Shown piece after piece: positions 9,725 to 20,739 of a stretch of 64,000 nucleotides of DNA. Below the pieces are notes generated by a model. It saw only the letters and a list, made by a program, of their open reading frames with translations. It made no database searches and had not been told where the DNA came from. The stretch comes from Escherichia phage EPIMRB01: the sequence record PQ657784, one strand, 5' to 3'. Made by a program: the position numbers and the translations under genes. Position 1 is the first letter of the stretch. Every line of letters starts with the position of its first letter.

Positions 9725-10474
9725 ATGGCAAACATTATTCGTTGTAAATTACCAGATGGTGTTCATCGTTTTAAACCATTTACGGTAGAAGATTATCGAG
9801 ATTTTTTGTTAGTTCGAAACGATATAGAACATCGGTCACCACAAGAGCAAAAAGAAATAATTACTGATTTAATTGATGATTATTTTGGAGACTATCCGAA
9901 GACTTGGCAACCATTTATATTTTTGCAGGTATTTGTAGGGTCAATAGGTAAAACTAAAGTACCAGTCACATTCGTATGTCCAAAATGTAAAAAAGAAAAG
10001 ACAGTTCCATTTGAAATATATCAAAAAGAATTAAAGGAACCTGTTTTTGATGTAGCTAATGTTAAAATTAAATTAAAGTTTCCTTCTGAGTTTTATGAAA
10101 ATAAAGCAAAGATGATTACTGAAAATATTCATTCTGTTCAAGTAGATGAAATATGGTATGATTGGAAGGAAATTAGTGAATCAAGTCAAATAGAACTAGT
10201 TGACGCCATCGAGATAGAAACATTAGAAAAAATTCTCGATGCAATGAATCCTATTAATTTAACTCTACATATGTCATGCTGTAATAAGTACATTAAAAAA
10301 TACACTGATATAGTAGACGTGTTTAAGCTATTAGTTAACCCAGATGAGATATTTACTTTTTATCAAATTAATCACACACTCGTAAAAAGTAATTATAGCT
10401 TAAATTCAATAATGAAAATGATTCCTGCTGAGCGCGGATTCGTATTAAAACTGATTGAGAAGGATAAACAATAA
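9725..10474 (+). CDS. 51: Baseplate hub assembly protein gp51
   Basis: 249 aa; SD AAGGAG; stop overlaps gene 27 start. Confidence 0.85.
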   Translation: MANIIRCKLPDGVHRFKPFTVEDYRDFLLVRNDIEHRSPQEQKEIITDLIDDYFGDYPKTWQPFIFLQVFVGSIGKTKVPVTFVCPKCKKEKTVPFEIYQKELKEPVFDVANVKIKLKFPSEFYENKAKMITENIHSVQVDEIWYDWKEISESSQIELVDAIEIETLEKILDAMNPINLTLHMSCCNKYIKKYTDIVDVFKLLVNPDEIFTFYQINHTLVKSNYSLNSIMKMIPAERGFVLKLIEKDKQ

Positions 10475-11649
10475 TGAGTATGTTGCAACGCCCAGGATAT
10501 CCAAATCTCAGCGTTAAATTATTTGATAGCTACGACGCTTGGAGTAATAATAGATTTGTTGAATTAGCTGCTACTATTACCACATTAACTATGCGGGATT
10601 CTCTTTATGGCCGAAATGAAGGAATGCTGCAGTTTTATGATTCTAAAAATATCCATACAAAAATGGATGGAAATGAAATAATTCAGATTTCTGTAGCTAA
10701 TGCAAACGATATTAATAATGTTAAAACACGAATTTATGGATGTAAGCATTTTTCAGTGTCAGTAGATTCAAAGGGTGATAACATCATTGCTATTGAATTG
10801 GGAACTATTCATTCTATAGAAAATCTTAAATTTGGCAGACCGTTTTTCTCTGATGCAGGTGAATCTATAAAGGAAATGCTTGGTGTAATTTATCAAGACC
10901 GCACATTATTAACTCCAGCAATAAATGCTATAAATGCTTATGTTCCTGATATTCCGTGGACTAGCACATTTGAAAACTATTTGTCATATGTCAGAGAAGT
11001 TGCTCTAGCTGTAGGAAGTGACAAATTTGTATTTGTGTGGCAAGACATCATGGGAGTTAACATGATGGACTATGATATGATGATAAATCAAGAACCATAT
11101 CCAATGATTGTCGGTGAGCCATCTTTAATAGGTCAATTCATCCAAGAATTAAAATATCCATTAGCATATGATTTCGTTTGGTTGACTAAATCGAATCCTC
11201 ACAAACGTGACCCAATGAAAAACGCTACTATCTATGCTCATTCATTTTTGGATTCTTCATTGCCAATGATTACTACAGGAAAGGGCGAAAACTCTATTGT
11301 AGTATCAAGGTCAGGTGCTTATTCTGAAATGACTTATAGGAATGGATATGAAGAAGCTATTCGTCTTCAAACTATGGCACAATACGATGGTTATGCTAAA
11401 TGTTCTACTGTCGGTAATTTTAACTTGACTCCTGGCGTTAAAATTATTTTTAATGATAGTAAAAACCAATTTAAAACAGAATTTTACGTTGATGAAGTCA
11501 TCCATGAATTATCAAATAATAATTCAGTAACTCATCTATATATGTTCACTAATGCAACGAAACTGGAAACAATAGACCCAGTTAAGGTTAAAAATGAATT
11601 TAAATCTGATACTACCACTGAAGAAAGTAGTTCTTCCAATAAGCAATAA
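10474..11649 (+). CDS. 27: Baseplate hub protein gp27
   Basis: 391 aa as in T4 gp27. Confidence 0.9.
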   Translation: MSMLQRPGYPNLSVKLFDSYDAWSNNRFVELAATITTLTMRDSLYGRNEGMLQFYDSKNIHTKMDGNEIIQISVANANDINNVKTRIYGCKHFSVSVDSKGDNIIAIELGTIHSIENLKFGRPFFSDAGESIKEMLGVIYQDRTLLTPAINAINAYVPDIPWTSTFENYLSYVREVALAVGSDKFVFVWQDIMGVNMMDYDMMINQEPYPMIVGEPSLIGQFIQELKYPLAYDFVWLTKSNPHKRDPMKNATIYAHSFLDSSLPMITTGKGENSIVVSRSGAYSEMTYRNGYEEAIRLQTMAQYDGYAKCSTVGNFNLTPGVKIIFNDSKNQFKTEFYVDEVIHELSNNNSVTHLYMFTNATKLETIDPVKVKNEFKSDTTTEESSSSNKQ

Positions 11650-12127
11650 AGAAGTTTCTATTCCTAAAATGGGTCTTAAACATTATAACATTTTAAAAGA
11701 TGTTAAAGGTCCTGATGAAAATTTAAAACTTCTTATTGATTCTATTTGTCCGAATTTATCACCAGCAGAAGTTGATTTCGTTTCCATTCATTTATTAGAA
11801 TTTAATGGAAAGATTAAATCTCGTAAAGAAATAGATGGTTATACTTATGACATTAATGATGTTTATGTATGCCAAAGATTGGAATTTCAATACCAAGGAA
11901 ATACATTTTATTTTAGACCTCCTGGAAAATTTGAACAATTTTTAACGGTGAGCGATATGTTATCCAAATGCTTGCTTAAGGTCAATGATGAAGTTAAAGA
12001 AATTAATTTTCTTGAGATGCCAGCATTCGTTTTAAAATGGGCAAATGATATTTTTACAACTTTAGCAATTCCTGGCCCTAATGGTCCAATAACTGGAATT
12101 GGCAATATTATTGGATTATTTGAATGA
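11594..12127 (+). CDS. 28: Baseplate hub distal protein gp28
   Basis: 177 aa; overlaps gene 27 end by 56 nt; exact start uncertain. Confidence 0.75.
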   Translation: MNLNLILPLKKVVLPISNKEVSIPKMGLKHYNILKDVKGPDENLKLLIDSICPNLSPAEVDFVSIHLLEFNGKIKSRKEIDGYTYDINDVYVCQRLEFQYQGNTFYFRPPGKFEQFLTVSDMLSKCLLKVNDEVKEINFLEMPAFVLKWANDIFTTLAIPGPNGPITGIGNIIGLFE

Positions 12128-13896
12128 AAAAGCCACAAGAAATGCAAACGATGCGTAGAAAAGTTATTTCAGATAATAAACCAACACAGGAAGCGGCTAA
12201 ATCCGCTTCTAATACTTTATCTGGACTTAATGACATATCTACGAAATTGGATGATGCTCAAGCTGCTTCTGAATTAATTGCTCAAACTGTCGAAGAAAAA
12301 TCGAATGAAATAATTGGAGCAATTGACAACGTTGAAAGCGCAGTGAGTGATACTACCGCAGGTTCTGAGTTAATTGCCGAGACTGTTGAAATTGGCAATA
12401 ATATCAATAAAGAAATAGGCGAATCACTCGGAAGCAAATTAGATAAATTAACGAGTTTATTAGAACAAAAAATTCAGACAGCTGGAATTCAACAGACGGG
12501 AACTAGTTTAGCCACGGTTGAAAGCGCTATTCCTGTTAAAGTTGTTGAGGATGATACAGCCGAATCTGTGGGTCCTTTATTACCGGCCCCCGAAGCAGTT
12601 AATAATGATCCTGATGCTGATTTTTTCCCGACCCCTCAGCCAGTTGAGCCAAAGCAAGAATCACCAGAAGAAAAACAGAAAAAAGAAGCATTTAACTTAA
12701 AATTATCTCAAGCTTTAGATAAATTAACAAAGACAGTTGATTTTGGATTTAAGAAATCTATTTCAATTACTGATAAAATATCAAGCATGCTATTTAAGTA
12801 CACCGTCAGTGCTGCTATTGAAGCTGCTAAAATGACTGCAATGATATTGGCTGTTGTTGTTGGAATAGACCTTTTGATGGTTCACTTTAAATACTGGTCA
12901 GGTAAATTTTCACAAGCCTGGGACTTGTTTAGTGCAAACTTTACTAAATTCTCTAGCGAAACCGGAACATGGGGTCCTTTATTACAGAGCATCTTTGGTT
13001 CTATTGATAAAATTCAACAATTTTGGGAAAAGGGAGATTGGGGTGGATTGACAGCAGCTATCATAGAAGGACTCGGAAGTGTTCTTTTTAATTTAGGAGA
13101 GCTTATTCAATTAGGTATGGCTAAATTATCTGCTGCAATTCTTCGAGTCATTCCTGGCATGAAAGACACTGCTGATGAAGTAGAAGGAAGAGCACTGGAA
13201 AATTTCCAAAATACTACTGGAGCATCTCTCAATAAAGAAGACCAGGAAAAAGTTGCAAATTATCAGTACAAAAGAATGAATGGAGACCTTGGTCCAATAG
13301 CAAAAGGATTAGACAAAATTGCGAACTGGAAAACTCGTGCATCTAACTGGATTCGTGGTGTAGATAATAAAGAAGCACTAACATCTGATGAAGAGAGAGC
13401 AGAGGAAGAAGAAAAATTAAAGCAGCTTTCTCCGGAGGAAGCTAAAATTGCTTTAATGAAAGCTAATGAAGCTCGTGCTGCTATGAATCGTTTTGAAAAA
13501 TATGCTGATTCAGCTGATATGAATAAAGACTCAACGGTTAAATCTGTTGAATCTGCCTATGAAGACCTTAAAAAACGGATGGATGACCCGGATTTAAACA
13601 ATTCACCGGCAGTTAAAAAAGAACTTGCTGCTAGATTTTCTAAAATTGATGCTACTTATCAAGAGCTCAAGAAAAATCAGCCTAATGCCAAACCTGAAAC
13701 TTCTGCTAAATCGCCAGAAGCGAAACAGGTCCAGGTTATTGAAAAGAACAAAGCACAGCAAGTTCCTGTTCAGCAAGCATCTCCTTCAATCAATAATACT
13801 AATAATGTTATTAAGAAAAATACTGTCGTTCATAATATGACACCTGTCACAAGCACAACTGCTCCTGGTGTATTTGATGCGACTGGAGTTAATTAA
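12124..13896 (+). CDS. 29: Baseplate hub / tail length determinant gp29
   Basis: 590 aa as in T4 gp29; start overlaps gene 28 stop. Confidence 0.9.
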   Translation: MKKPQEMQTMRRKVISDNKPTQEAAKSASNTLSGLNDISTKLDDAQAASELIAQTVEEKSNEIIGAIDNVESAVSDTTAGSELIAETVEIGNNINKEIGESLGSKLDKLTSLLEQKIQTAGIQQTGTSLATVESAIPVKVVEDDTAESVGPLLPAPEAVNNDPDADFFPTPQPVEPKQESPEEKQKKEAFNLKLSQALDKLTKTVDFGFKKSISITDKISSMLFKYTVSAAIEAAKMTAMILAVVVGIDLLMVHFKYWSGKFSQAWDLFSANFTKFSSETGTWGPLLQSIFGSIDKIQQFWEKGDWGGLTAAIIEGLGSVLFNLGELIQLGMAKLSAAILRVIPGMKDTADEVEGRALENFQNTTGASLNKEDQEKVANYQYKRMNGDLGPIAKGLDKIANWKTRASNWIRGVDNKEALTSDEERAEEEEKLKQLSPEEAKIALMKANEARAAMNRFEKYADSADMNKDSTVKSVESAYEDLKKRMDDPDLNNSPAVKKELAARFSKIDATYQELKKNQPNAKPETSAKSPEAKQVQVIEKNKAQQVPVQQASPSINNTNNVIKKNTVVHNMTPVTSTTAPGVFDATGVN

Positions 13897-13904
13897 GGAA
13901 TAAT

Positions 13905-14999
13905 ATGGCAATTGTTAAAGAAATAACTGCTGATTTAATTAAAAAGTCCGGTGAGAAAATTTCAGCCGGACAGAGCACTAAATCAGAAGTAGTAACTAAA
14001 ACATACACTGCCCAGTTTCCAACTGGGCGTGCTAGTGGTAATGACACTACAGGGGACTTCCAGGTAACAGATCTATATAAGAATGGATTATTATTTACTG
14101 CATACAATATGTCATCTAGGGATTCTGGAAGTCTTAGATCGATGAGATCTAACTACTCTTCTTCATCTTCTAGTATTTTACGTACAGCCAGAAACACTAT
14201 CAGTAATACAGTATCAAAACTGTCAAATGGATTAATATCAGATAATAATTCAGGAACAATAAGTAAAGTTCCTGTTGCAAATATTCTTTTACCGAGATCT
14301 AAATCCGATGTTGATACATCATCACATAGATTTAACGATGTTCAAGATAGTCTTATTACAAAAGGTGGAGGTACTGCTACTGGCGTGTTAAGCAATATGG
14401 CTTCAACTGCAGTATTTGGAGCACTGGAAAGTATAACACAAGGTATAATGGCTGATAATAATGAACAGATTTATACGACAGCCAGAAGTATGTATGGTGG
14501 TGCTGAGAATAGAACTAAAGTGTTCACTTGGGATTTGACTCCGCGCTCCACAGAAGATTTAATGGCTATTATTAATATCTATCAATATTTTAACTATTTT
14601 TCTTATGGTGAAACGGGTAAATCTCAATATGCTGCTGAAATAAAAGGATATCTAGATGAGTGGTATCGCTCTACTTTTATTGAGCCATTAACTCCAGAAG
14701 ATGCAGTTAAAAATAAGACGTTATTTGAGAAAATGACATCGAGTTTAACTAACGTTCTTGTAGTTTCAAACCCGACAATTTGGATGGTTAAAAACTTTGG
14801 CGCAACTTCTAAATTTGACGGAAAAACAGAAGTGTTTGGACCGTGTCAAATTCAAAGTATTAGATTTGATAAAACTCCGAATGGTAATTTTAACGGATTA
14901 GCTATTGCTCCTAACCTTCCAAGTTCTTTTACGCTCGAGATTACTATGAGAGAGATTATCACGTTAAACCGTGCTTCTTTATATACGGGGACTTTCTAA
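13905..14999 (+). CDS. 48: Baseplate-tail tube junction protein gp48
   Basis: 364 aa; Ser/Thr-rich. Confidence 0.88.
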   Translation: MAIVKEITADLIKKSGEKISAGQSTKSEVVTKTYTAQFPTGRASGNDTTGDFQVTDLYKNGLLFTAYNMSSRDSGSLRSMRSNYSSSSSSILRTARNTISNTVSKLSNGLISDNNSGTISKVPVANILLPRSKSDVDTSSHRFNDVQDSLITKGGGTATGVLSNMASTAVFGALESITQGIMADNNEQIYTTARSMYGGAENRTKVFTWDLTPRSTEDLMAIINIYQYFNYFSYGETGKSQYAAEIKGYLDEWYRSTFIEPLTPEDAVKNKTLFEKMTSSLTNVLVVSNPTIWMVKNFGATSKFDGKTEVFGPCQIQSIRFDKTPNGNFNGLAIAPNLPSSFTLEITMREIITLNRASLYTGTF

Positions 15000-15964
15000 T
15001 GTATTCTTTAGAGGAATTTAATAACCAAGCAATAAACGCAGACTTCCAACGTAATAATATGTTTAGCTGCGTTTTTGCCACTACTCCATCAACTAAAAGC
15101 TCATCATTAATAAGCTCAATTAGTAACTTTGCTTATAACAACTTGGGGCTAAATTCAGACTGGTTAGGATTGACTCAAGGCGATATTAATCAGGGAATTA
15201 CCACGCTAATTACTGCTGGTACACAAAAACTGATAAGAAAATCAGGGGTTAGTAAATATCTTATTGGTGCAATGAGTCAACGCACAGTTCAAAGTTTATT
15301 AGGTTCATTTACAGTTGGTACATATTTAATTGACTTCTTTAACATGGCATATAACTCATCTGGATTGATGATATATTCTGTAAAAATGCCAGAGAATAGA
15401 TTATCCTATGAAACTGACTGGAACTATAACTCTCCTAATATTCGTATAACTGGGAGAGAATTAGACCCTTTGGTTATTTCATTTAGAATGGATTCAGAAG
15501 CTTGTAACTATCGTGCAATGCAAGACTGGGTTAACGCTGTTCAAGACCCAGTAACTGGACTGCGTGCTTTGCCACAAGATGTCGAGGCAGATATTCAGGT
15601 TAATCTTCATGCTCGTAATGGATTACCTCATACTGCGGTGATGTTCACCGGATGCATTCCAGTGTCAGTGAGCGCTCCTGAGTTATCATATGATGGAGAT
15701 AACCAAATAACTACATTTGATGTTACTTTTGCATATAGAGTCATGCAGGCTGGAGCAGTTGATAGACAAGCTGCCCTTGAATGGCTTGAATCTGCTGCTA
15801 TAAATGGCATTCAAAGCGTTCTCGGAAATAGTGGAGGTGTTACTGGATTATCTAATTCGCTTTCACGACTTAGTAGATTAGGTGGAACTGCTGGAAGCAT
15901 TTCAAACATTAATACTATGACGGGAATTGTCAATTCGCAAAGTAAAATATTAGGAGCAATATAA
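14999..15964 (+). CDS. 54: Baseplate-tail tube initiator gp54
   Basis: 321 aa; start overlaps gene 48 stop. Confidence 0.88.
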   Translation: MYSLEEFNNQAINADFQRNNMFSCVFATTPSTKSSSLISSISNFAYNNLGLNSDWLGLTQGDINQGITTLITAGTQKLIRKSGVSKYLIGAMSQRTVQSLLGSFTVGTYLIDFFNMAYNSSGLMIYSVKMPENRLSYETDWNYNSPNIRITGRELDPLVISFRMDSEACNYRAMQDWVNAVQDPVTGLRALPQDVEADIQVNLHARNGLPHTAVMFTGCIPVSVSAPELSYDGDNQITTFDVTFAYRVMQAGAVDRQAALEWLESAAINGIQSVLGNSGGVTGLSNSLSRLSRLGGTAGSISNINTMTGIVNSQSKILGAI

Positions 15965-15968
15965 CAAT

Positions 15969-15998
15969 GGGGACCTTTCGGTCCCCATATTTTTATTT
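15969..15998. terminator. Stem-loop terminator after gene 54
   Basis: GGGGACC-TTTC-GGTCCCC followed by ATATTTTTATTT. Confidence 0.65.
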
Positions 15999-16283
15999 AC
16001 GGAATGAAATAAAAGCAGCAACTGAAGCAACTAAACTGTCTTCAATATAAACTTCAATTTTTACCGGAGCTTCTGACTCAAATTTACCTGTTACTACACC
16101 TTGGAAAATGCTTTCAGTCTGTTCTGGCTTTGAAAAATTTTCAGAAGGAAAAATTCCGAACTTTTTATCTGTTCCAAAAATTTTGATAAATTCATCATAA
16201 ACTGCTTCATTAAAAGCGTTATCAGCAGGAATAACGCCTTCAACTACAAGTTCTTGACCTAAAAAGCGTAAAGAAGATTTCAT
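15993..16283 (-). CDS. Hypothetical protein (position of T4 alt.-3)
   Basis: 96-aa ORF with SD GAGGAA downstream of an early-type promoter. Confidence 0.5.
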   Translation of the reverse strand: MKSSLRFLGQELVVEGVIPADNAFNEAVYDEFIKIFGTDKKFGIFPSENFSKPEQTESIFQGVVTGKFESEAPVKIEVYIEDSLVASVAAFISFRK

Positions 16284-16314
16284 TTTGTGTTCCTCATGTT
16301 ATGTTAGTAAGATT

Positions 16315-16344
16315 ATTATAACACAACACGAGGGACTTGTAAAC
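16315..16344 (-). promoter_or_regulatory. T4 early-type promoter
   Basis: Minus strand GTTTACA, 17-nt spacer, TATAAT. Confidence 0.6.
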
Positions 16345-18401
16345 TACATCTTGAACTTTTTAGACATTCCGTTGATGTTAACCAAAGAAGCCAAGATTTG
16401 AGAAACTTCGTTTTCCTCTTCTTTTGATTCTTCTACAAGGAATTGATTAAACCCAGCCATTGGACGAACTTCACCAGTTTCCATTAGATGATCGCCATCA
16501 TATACCGATTCTTCTAATTGTTCAGAAGGAGGAACGATTGTGCCTTCGATTAGATACTTGTTATAAGCAGTTTCTTTCATCATGTACGTGCTTACTTTAT
16601 TAATCTTCAACAAAATTCCACGCGGTAGAATAACTTCAGCTTCTGATGGAAATCCTGATAAATGACCTGGAACGATAACTTTGATTCGCTCAGCCCCTTT
16701 AATTACCATACCTACACTAGTTTCAGCATCTTCATTAGCATATGCAGAATGACTACCCATATGCATTAAATCTTCGGCATCAACGGAACCTTCTCCTTCA
16801 CCAGAAAATACTGCACCGGAATCATCTAGAGCCATATAGTTTTTACCATGCTCACCGAAGATATTTGGTTTAAGCGATGTTGATACGAAGTTCTTGAAAT
16901 AGAACATTTTATTTTCAATATTATGGCGTAAAGTTTTAAAAGTAACTTCTTGACCACGATAAAGCGTAGTTCCCGGAGGAAGAACTGATCCTTTGGCGAA
17001 TGCAGAATCCATTGTCTCGATGTGTTTAATAGCTCGTTCCATGTATTCTTCACGGGTAGAATCTGGTTTACCTAAAAGGAACGAGTTCATTTCAACATAT
17101 GAATCTGCACAATAATCTTCAATTACATCAGACTCAGCCTGAGTCAGTCCTTTTGGAGTTACTTCGGTGCTTGCGTATTCATATGCCTGAGCAGCAGATT
17201 CATTAATCAATTTATAAATGCCATTCATGACAAATTGAATAATAGCTACCTTTTCGTCTGGCGTGGCTTTAGAACCTTTAACTAAATCATTGATAATTTT
17301 CTTAATAACATCAAAGCTATTAGAAATATTAATGTCAGCGAGATCGCTCAAAATTTTATCTGTTTTATAATCAAAGAATTCTTTATTCTTTAAATATTCT
17401 TGAGAACCTTGATGTGTTATATCGCTCTGCAGTCTGATAGACGGATCACGTAAACGCGCATGGGCCAATGCAATATGATTTCGGAAGCTTTCTAGTTCAT
17501 AATCGTTAGATTTAAAACGAGAAGCACTTCTCATACCACCGATAGCTCCTTTGCCGAAGTTTGAACCAATCTGAATAACGCCAGAGTTCATTGGTCCTTC
17601 TGCTTTATATACCGGAACTTTAGATTCAAACTCTTGATATTTCTTAGCAGCGAAGCTATCGCCCTGGAGTGAAGCATCGACAGTAGAATATTGAGCTTGT
17701 GCTGCTAATCGACGACTAATTTTAGTTTTCTGAATAACAGCTTGATCCGTGCGCTTATCATTTTCTAAAGCAATAGAAGCAGCAACAGCAACAGCTTTAG
17801 GAACAGCATTACCTGTTTTGACATCTACATAAACATCACCAACCTTTGATTCAACTTTTGTGAATAACTCAGTTGAAATAGGAGGTACACCTGGAATGTC
17901 TTCTAAATTGGCATTTTTACGGTAAACCATAATATATGCATACTTTTTATCGTAATCCCAGATTTCCTTTAAAAGAACATATCGACCTGCTCCTTTAGTA
18001 CGTACTAAACGGTCAGCAATAACTTGCATTTGACGAGCAGCGCCATTTGTTTTACTTTTTAGTACGCGGAATAAGCATGCATCAATTTTATACTGTTTCA
18101 TTGTTTGAAGAGCAGTATCAAAAACAGCATTAATGACACCAATTGGATTTCCACCCAAGTTTTTAAGTTTAACTAATGATAGTTTCTCATTAACACCTAT
18201 CATTACGATATGCATCATTTTATCGCCTGGCTTAACGTTTTTATTTGTATCACCGCCAGAGGTGTATGTACAAAATCTAAATCCAGGAAGCACGCTTTCT
18301 TCACCAGCTTGAATAGCAAAAATTTGAGGTATTTTATGCTTAGGATTTAAGTTAACAACCGGCGCCGAAGCGCCGTCAAATAATTCTGTAATAAGTTCCA
18401 T
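16344..18401 (-). CDS. Alt-family ADP-ribosyltransferase paralog
   Basis: 685 aa; N-terminus MELITELFDG..PQIF..GFRFCTYTSGGDTN shared with Alt; C-terminal R-S-E triad motifs LYRGQ, NFVSTS, SEAEVILPRG; SD AAGGA; 3 nt after alt stop. Confidence 0.85.
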   Translation of the reverse strand: MELITELFDGASAPVVNLNPKHKIPQIFAIQAGEESVLPGFRFCTYTSGGDTNKNVKPGDKMMHIVMIGVNEKLSLVKLKNLGGNPIGVINAVFDTALQTMKQYKIDACLFRVLKSKTNGAARQMQVIADRLVRTKGAGRYVLLKEIWDYDKKYAYIMVYRKNANLEDIPGVPPISTELFTKVESKVGDVYVDVKTGNAVPKAVAVAASIALENDKRTDQAVIQKTKISRRLAAQAQYSTVDASLQGDSFAAKKYQEFESKVPVYKAEGPMNSGVIQIGSNFGKGAIGGMRSASRFKSNDYELESFRNHIALAHARLRDPSIRLQSDITHQGSQEYLKNKEFFDYKTDKILSDLADINISNSFDVIKKIINDLVKGSKATPDEKVAIIQFVMNGIYKLINESAAQAYEYASTEVTPKGLTQAESDVIEDYCADSYVEMNSFLLGKPDSTREEYMERAIKHIETMDSAFAKGSVLPPGTTLYRGQEVTFKTLRHNIENKMFYFKNFVSTSLKPNIFGEHGKNYMALDDSGAVFSGEGEGSVDAEDLMHMGSHSAYANEDAETSVGMVIKGAERIKVIVPGHLSGFPSEAEVILPRGILLKINKVSTYMMKETAYNKYLIEGTIVPPSEQLEESVYDGDHLMETGEVRPMAGFNQFLVEESKEEENEVSQILASLVNINGMSKKFKM

Positions 18402-18404
18402 GAT

Positions 18405-20498
18405 TTATCCTTGAACGAACTTGTAAGGCATGTTTGTAATATCTATGCAAGACGCAATAATTCCAAGAGATGATTCTACTTTCTGTTTAACATTTGATGA
18501 AACAAATGATGCAAAATCAACTCTGTCTTCTATTTCAATATCACCTGTCATTGCAACTACTTCACCAGTTTCCATTAGACGGTCACCGTCATAAATTACT
18601 GATTCGGTGAGTTCTTCCGTAGTCATAACTTCAGCTTGAATGAGTTTTGTATTATTAGATGTTGTTCCGTCATTATTAGAAGCATCAGTTATTTTATTAA
18701 CTTTGACCATCAATCCGCGTGGTAGAATAACTTCAGCTTCTGTTGCTATTCCGAGACTTCCTGGATATACAACATTAACTTTATGAGCTCCATCAATTGC
18801 CCATCCTATTTGAACTTTAACGTATTCAGGATTTTCTTTATACGCTCTTATTTCATTTGGATTAATAGTTATTCCTTCTTCATTTTTATCAACTGTCAAT
18901 TCATTACGAGCTTCTGGTTCTAAAAGACCAATACCAGCATGTGTAATTCCAAAACGTCCAAAAATGATAGGAGTTAAAGAAGTAGATACAAAATTTCTGA
19001 AATAGAACACTTTATTTTTAACTAGTGCTTCGTATATAGGAGCAGTCATACTTTGAGCACGATAAACTGTAATGCCTTCTGGTATACGGTCACCATTTTC
19101 AAAAGCTGAATCTAAGTTATTTATAGCAGATTCAATTTCTTTTTCACTCATTACATCATATCGTTCTGGATTGTAGCGTCCTAAAAGAAGATTATTGATG
19201 TCAGTATATCCTGAACCGCAATACTCTCTAATGCCGCGCTTTTGTGATGGAGTATATTTAGAACCATCACGGGCAATAGTAATATCAATCATTGGACCTG
19301 CACCAATTCCAGAAAAGCTATAAATCATTCGTTTGAGGAATTTAGTTTTTGCTGCGTTCCAGGAATTTTTAGTTATTTCTTCCCAGACTTCATCTGGCTG
19401 TCCTTTACGGGTTTTATTATGTTTATCAAGCCAATTATCTTTATATTCTTCAAAGAGTTGATTAACAGCTGCTGCGTATTTTTCTAAACATTTTATTGAA
19501 GTAGTTGGTTCATTTTTAATCGCATTAAGAATTACATCTTTAATTTTTTCAGAAACTTCACCAACCTCACTCATTGGAAAGAATTTATAGTCATAATGAA
19601 GTTCATCTGCAGTTCCTTCAGCAATAATTTTTGCTGCCTTAGTTTTAGAAGCTAATGAATTAATTCCAAGCTTCATTTCTTCTGCTTCGGGAATTAAAGG
19701 AGCTGTAGCAGGTTTATTGAAATTAGCTGCGGTAGATTCATACTTTTGGAATAATTCACTTTCAAATCTAGAAGATTCCAATGACTGACTTTGTGCAATT
19801 GCTCTACGGGAAATTTTAACTTTAACGATTACAGCTTGGTCAGAACGTTTATCGTTTTCTTGTGCAATAGATGCGGCAATTGCCTCATTTTTAGTTACTT
19901 GAGCTCCGGTATCTTTATTGATATAAACATCACCGACCTTCGATTCAACTTTAGTAAAGAGCTCGGTACTAATTTCAGGAACTCCTGGAATGTCTTCTAA
20001 TGATACATTTTTGCGATGTATAAGAATATATGCATACTTTTTATCGTAATCCCAGAGTTCCTTAAGAAGGACGTATCTGCCACCTGAACGACTACGGATA
20101 AGTCTATCAGCAATAAGTTGAATTTGACGAGCTTGACCAGCAGTTTTAGACTTAAGAATACGGAGCATACAGGCATCAATTTTATACTGACGCATCGTCT
20201 GCATCGCAACAGTAAAAACTGAATTGATGTAATTAATTGGGCTTGGACCGAGACCTTTTAATTTAGCAATTGAACCTTTGGCAGTTAATGTAAAAGGAAC
20301 AATATGCATCATTTTATCGCCCATCTTTAAATCGCGATTAGTATCACCTCCAGATGTATAGGTACATAAACGAAAGCCTGGTTGTTCAATTGCGTCATCA
20401 ACATGAACTGAAAAAATTTGCGGTATTTTCTTCTTTGGATTTAAGTTTGTAATCGGAAGAGTAGTATCTTCGTCAAATAATTCTGTAATGAGTTCCAT
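18405..20498 (-). CDS. alt: Alt ADP-ribosyltransferase (capsid-packaged, injected)
   Basis: 697 aa from second ATG (MELITELFDEDTTLPITNL...), colinear with T4 Alt; ART motifs YRAQ, NFVSTS, EAEVILPRG. Confidence 0.9.
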   Translation of the reverse strand: MELITELFDEDTTLPITNLNPKKKIPQIFSVHVDDAIEQPGFRLCTYTSGGDTNRDLKMGDKMMHIVPFTLTAKGSIAKLKGLGPSPINYINSVFTVAMQTMRQYKIDACMLRILKSKTAGQARQIQLIADRLIRSRSGGRYVLLKELWDYDKKYAYILIHRKNVSLEDIPGVPEISTELFTKVESKVGDVYINKDTGAQVTKNEAIAASIAQENDKRSDQAVIVKVKISRRAIAQSQSLESSRFESELFQKYESTAANFNKPATAPLIPEAEEMKLGINSLASKTKAAKIIAEGTADELHYDYKFFPMSEVGEVSEKIKDVILNAIKNEPTTSIKCLEKYAAAVNQLFEEYKDNWLDKHNKTRKGQPDEVWEEITKNSWNAAKTKFLKRMIYSFSGIGAGPMIDITIARDGSKYTPSQKRGIREYCGSGYTDINNLLLGRYNPERYDVMSEKEIESAINNLDSAFENGDRIPEGITVYRAQSMTAPIYEALVKNKVFYFRNFVSTSLTPIIFGRFGITHAGIGLLEPEARNELTVDKNEEGITINPNEIRAYKENPEYVKVQIGWAIDGAHKVNVVYPGSLGIATEAEVILPRGLMVKVNKITDASNNDGTTSNNTKLIQAEVMTTEELTESVIYDGDRLMETGEVVAMTGDIEIEDRVDFASFVSSNVKQKVESSLGIIASCIDITNMPYKFVQG

Positions 20499-20521
20499 CA
20501 TATCCTCTCTAGTGTTTATTC

Positions 20522-20529
20522 TATTTATA
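20522..20529 (-). promoter_or_regulatory. Late promoter TATAAATA for alt
   Basis: Minus-strand TATAAATA about 24 nt upstream of alt ATG; consistent with alt being a late, packaged protein. Confidence 0.6.
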
Positions 20530-20534
20530 AAATT

Positions 20535-20552
20535 AAAGGCCCGAAGGCCTTT
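20535..20552 (-). terminator. Stem-loop upstream of alt
   Basis: AAAGGCC-CGAA-GGCCTTT overlapping the stop of the 62-aa ORF. Confidence 0.45.
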
Positions 20553-20739
20553 AATAATCTATTGGTAAGAGAGTACGGTATATTTCAAACTTTGGACCTT
20601 TTTCATAGGCATCAAATGTTTCTGTGAATTTATTATAAGCATATGCATCTATAAATTCAATCATAATTTGTGATACAGAAGTAGAAACATCTCCACCTTC
20701 TTTTTGAGCAACGACAATTGTTTCTAAGTAAGCTTTCAT
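20551..20739 (-). CDS. Hypothetical protein
   Basis: 62-aa ORF, start overlaps gene 30 stop. Confidence 0.5.
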   Translation of the reverse strand: MKAYLETIVVAQKEGGDVSTSVSQIMIEFIDAYAYNKFTETFDAYEKGPKFEIYRTLLPIDY

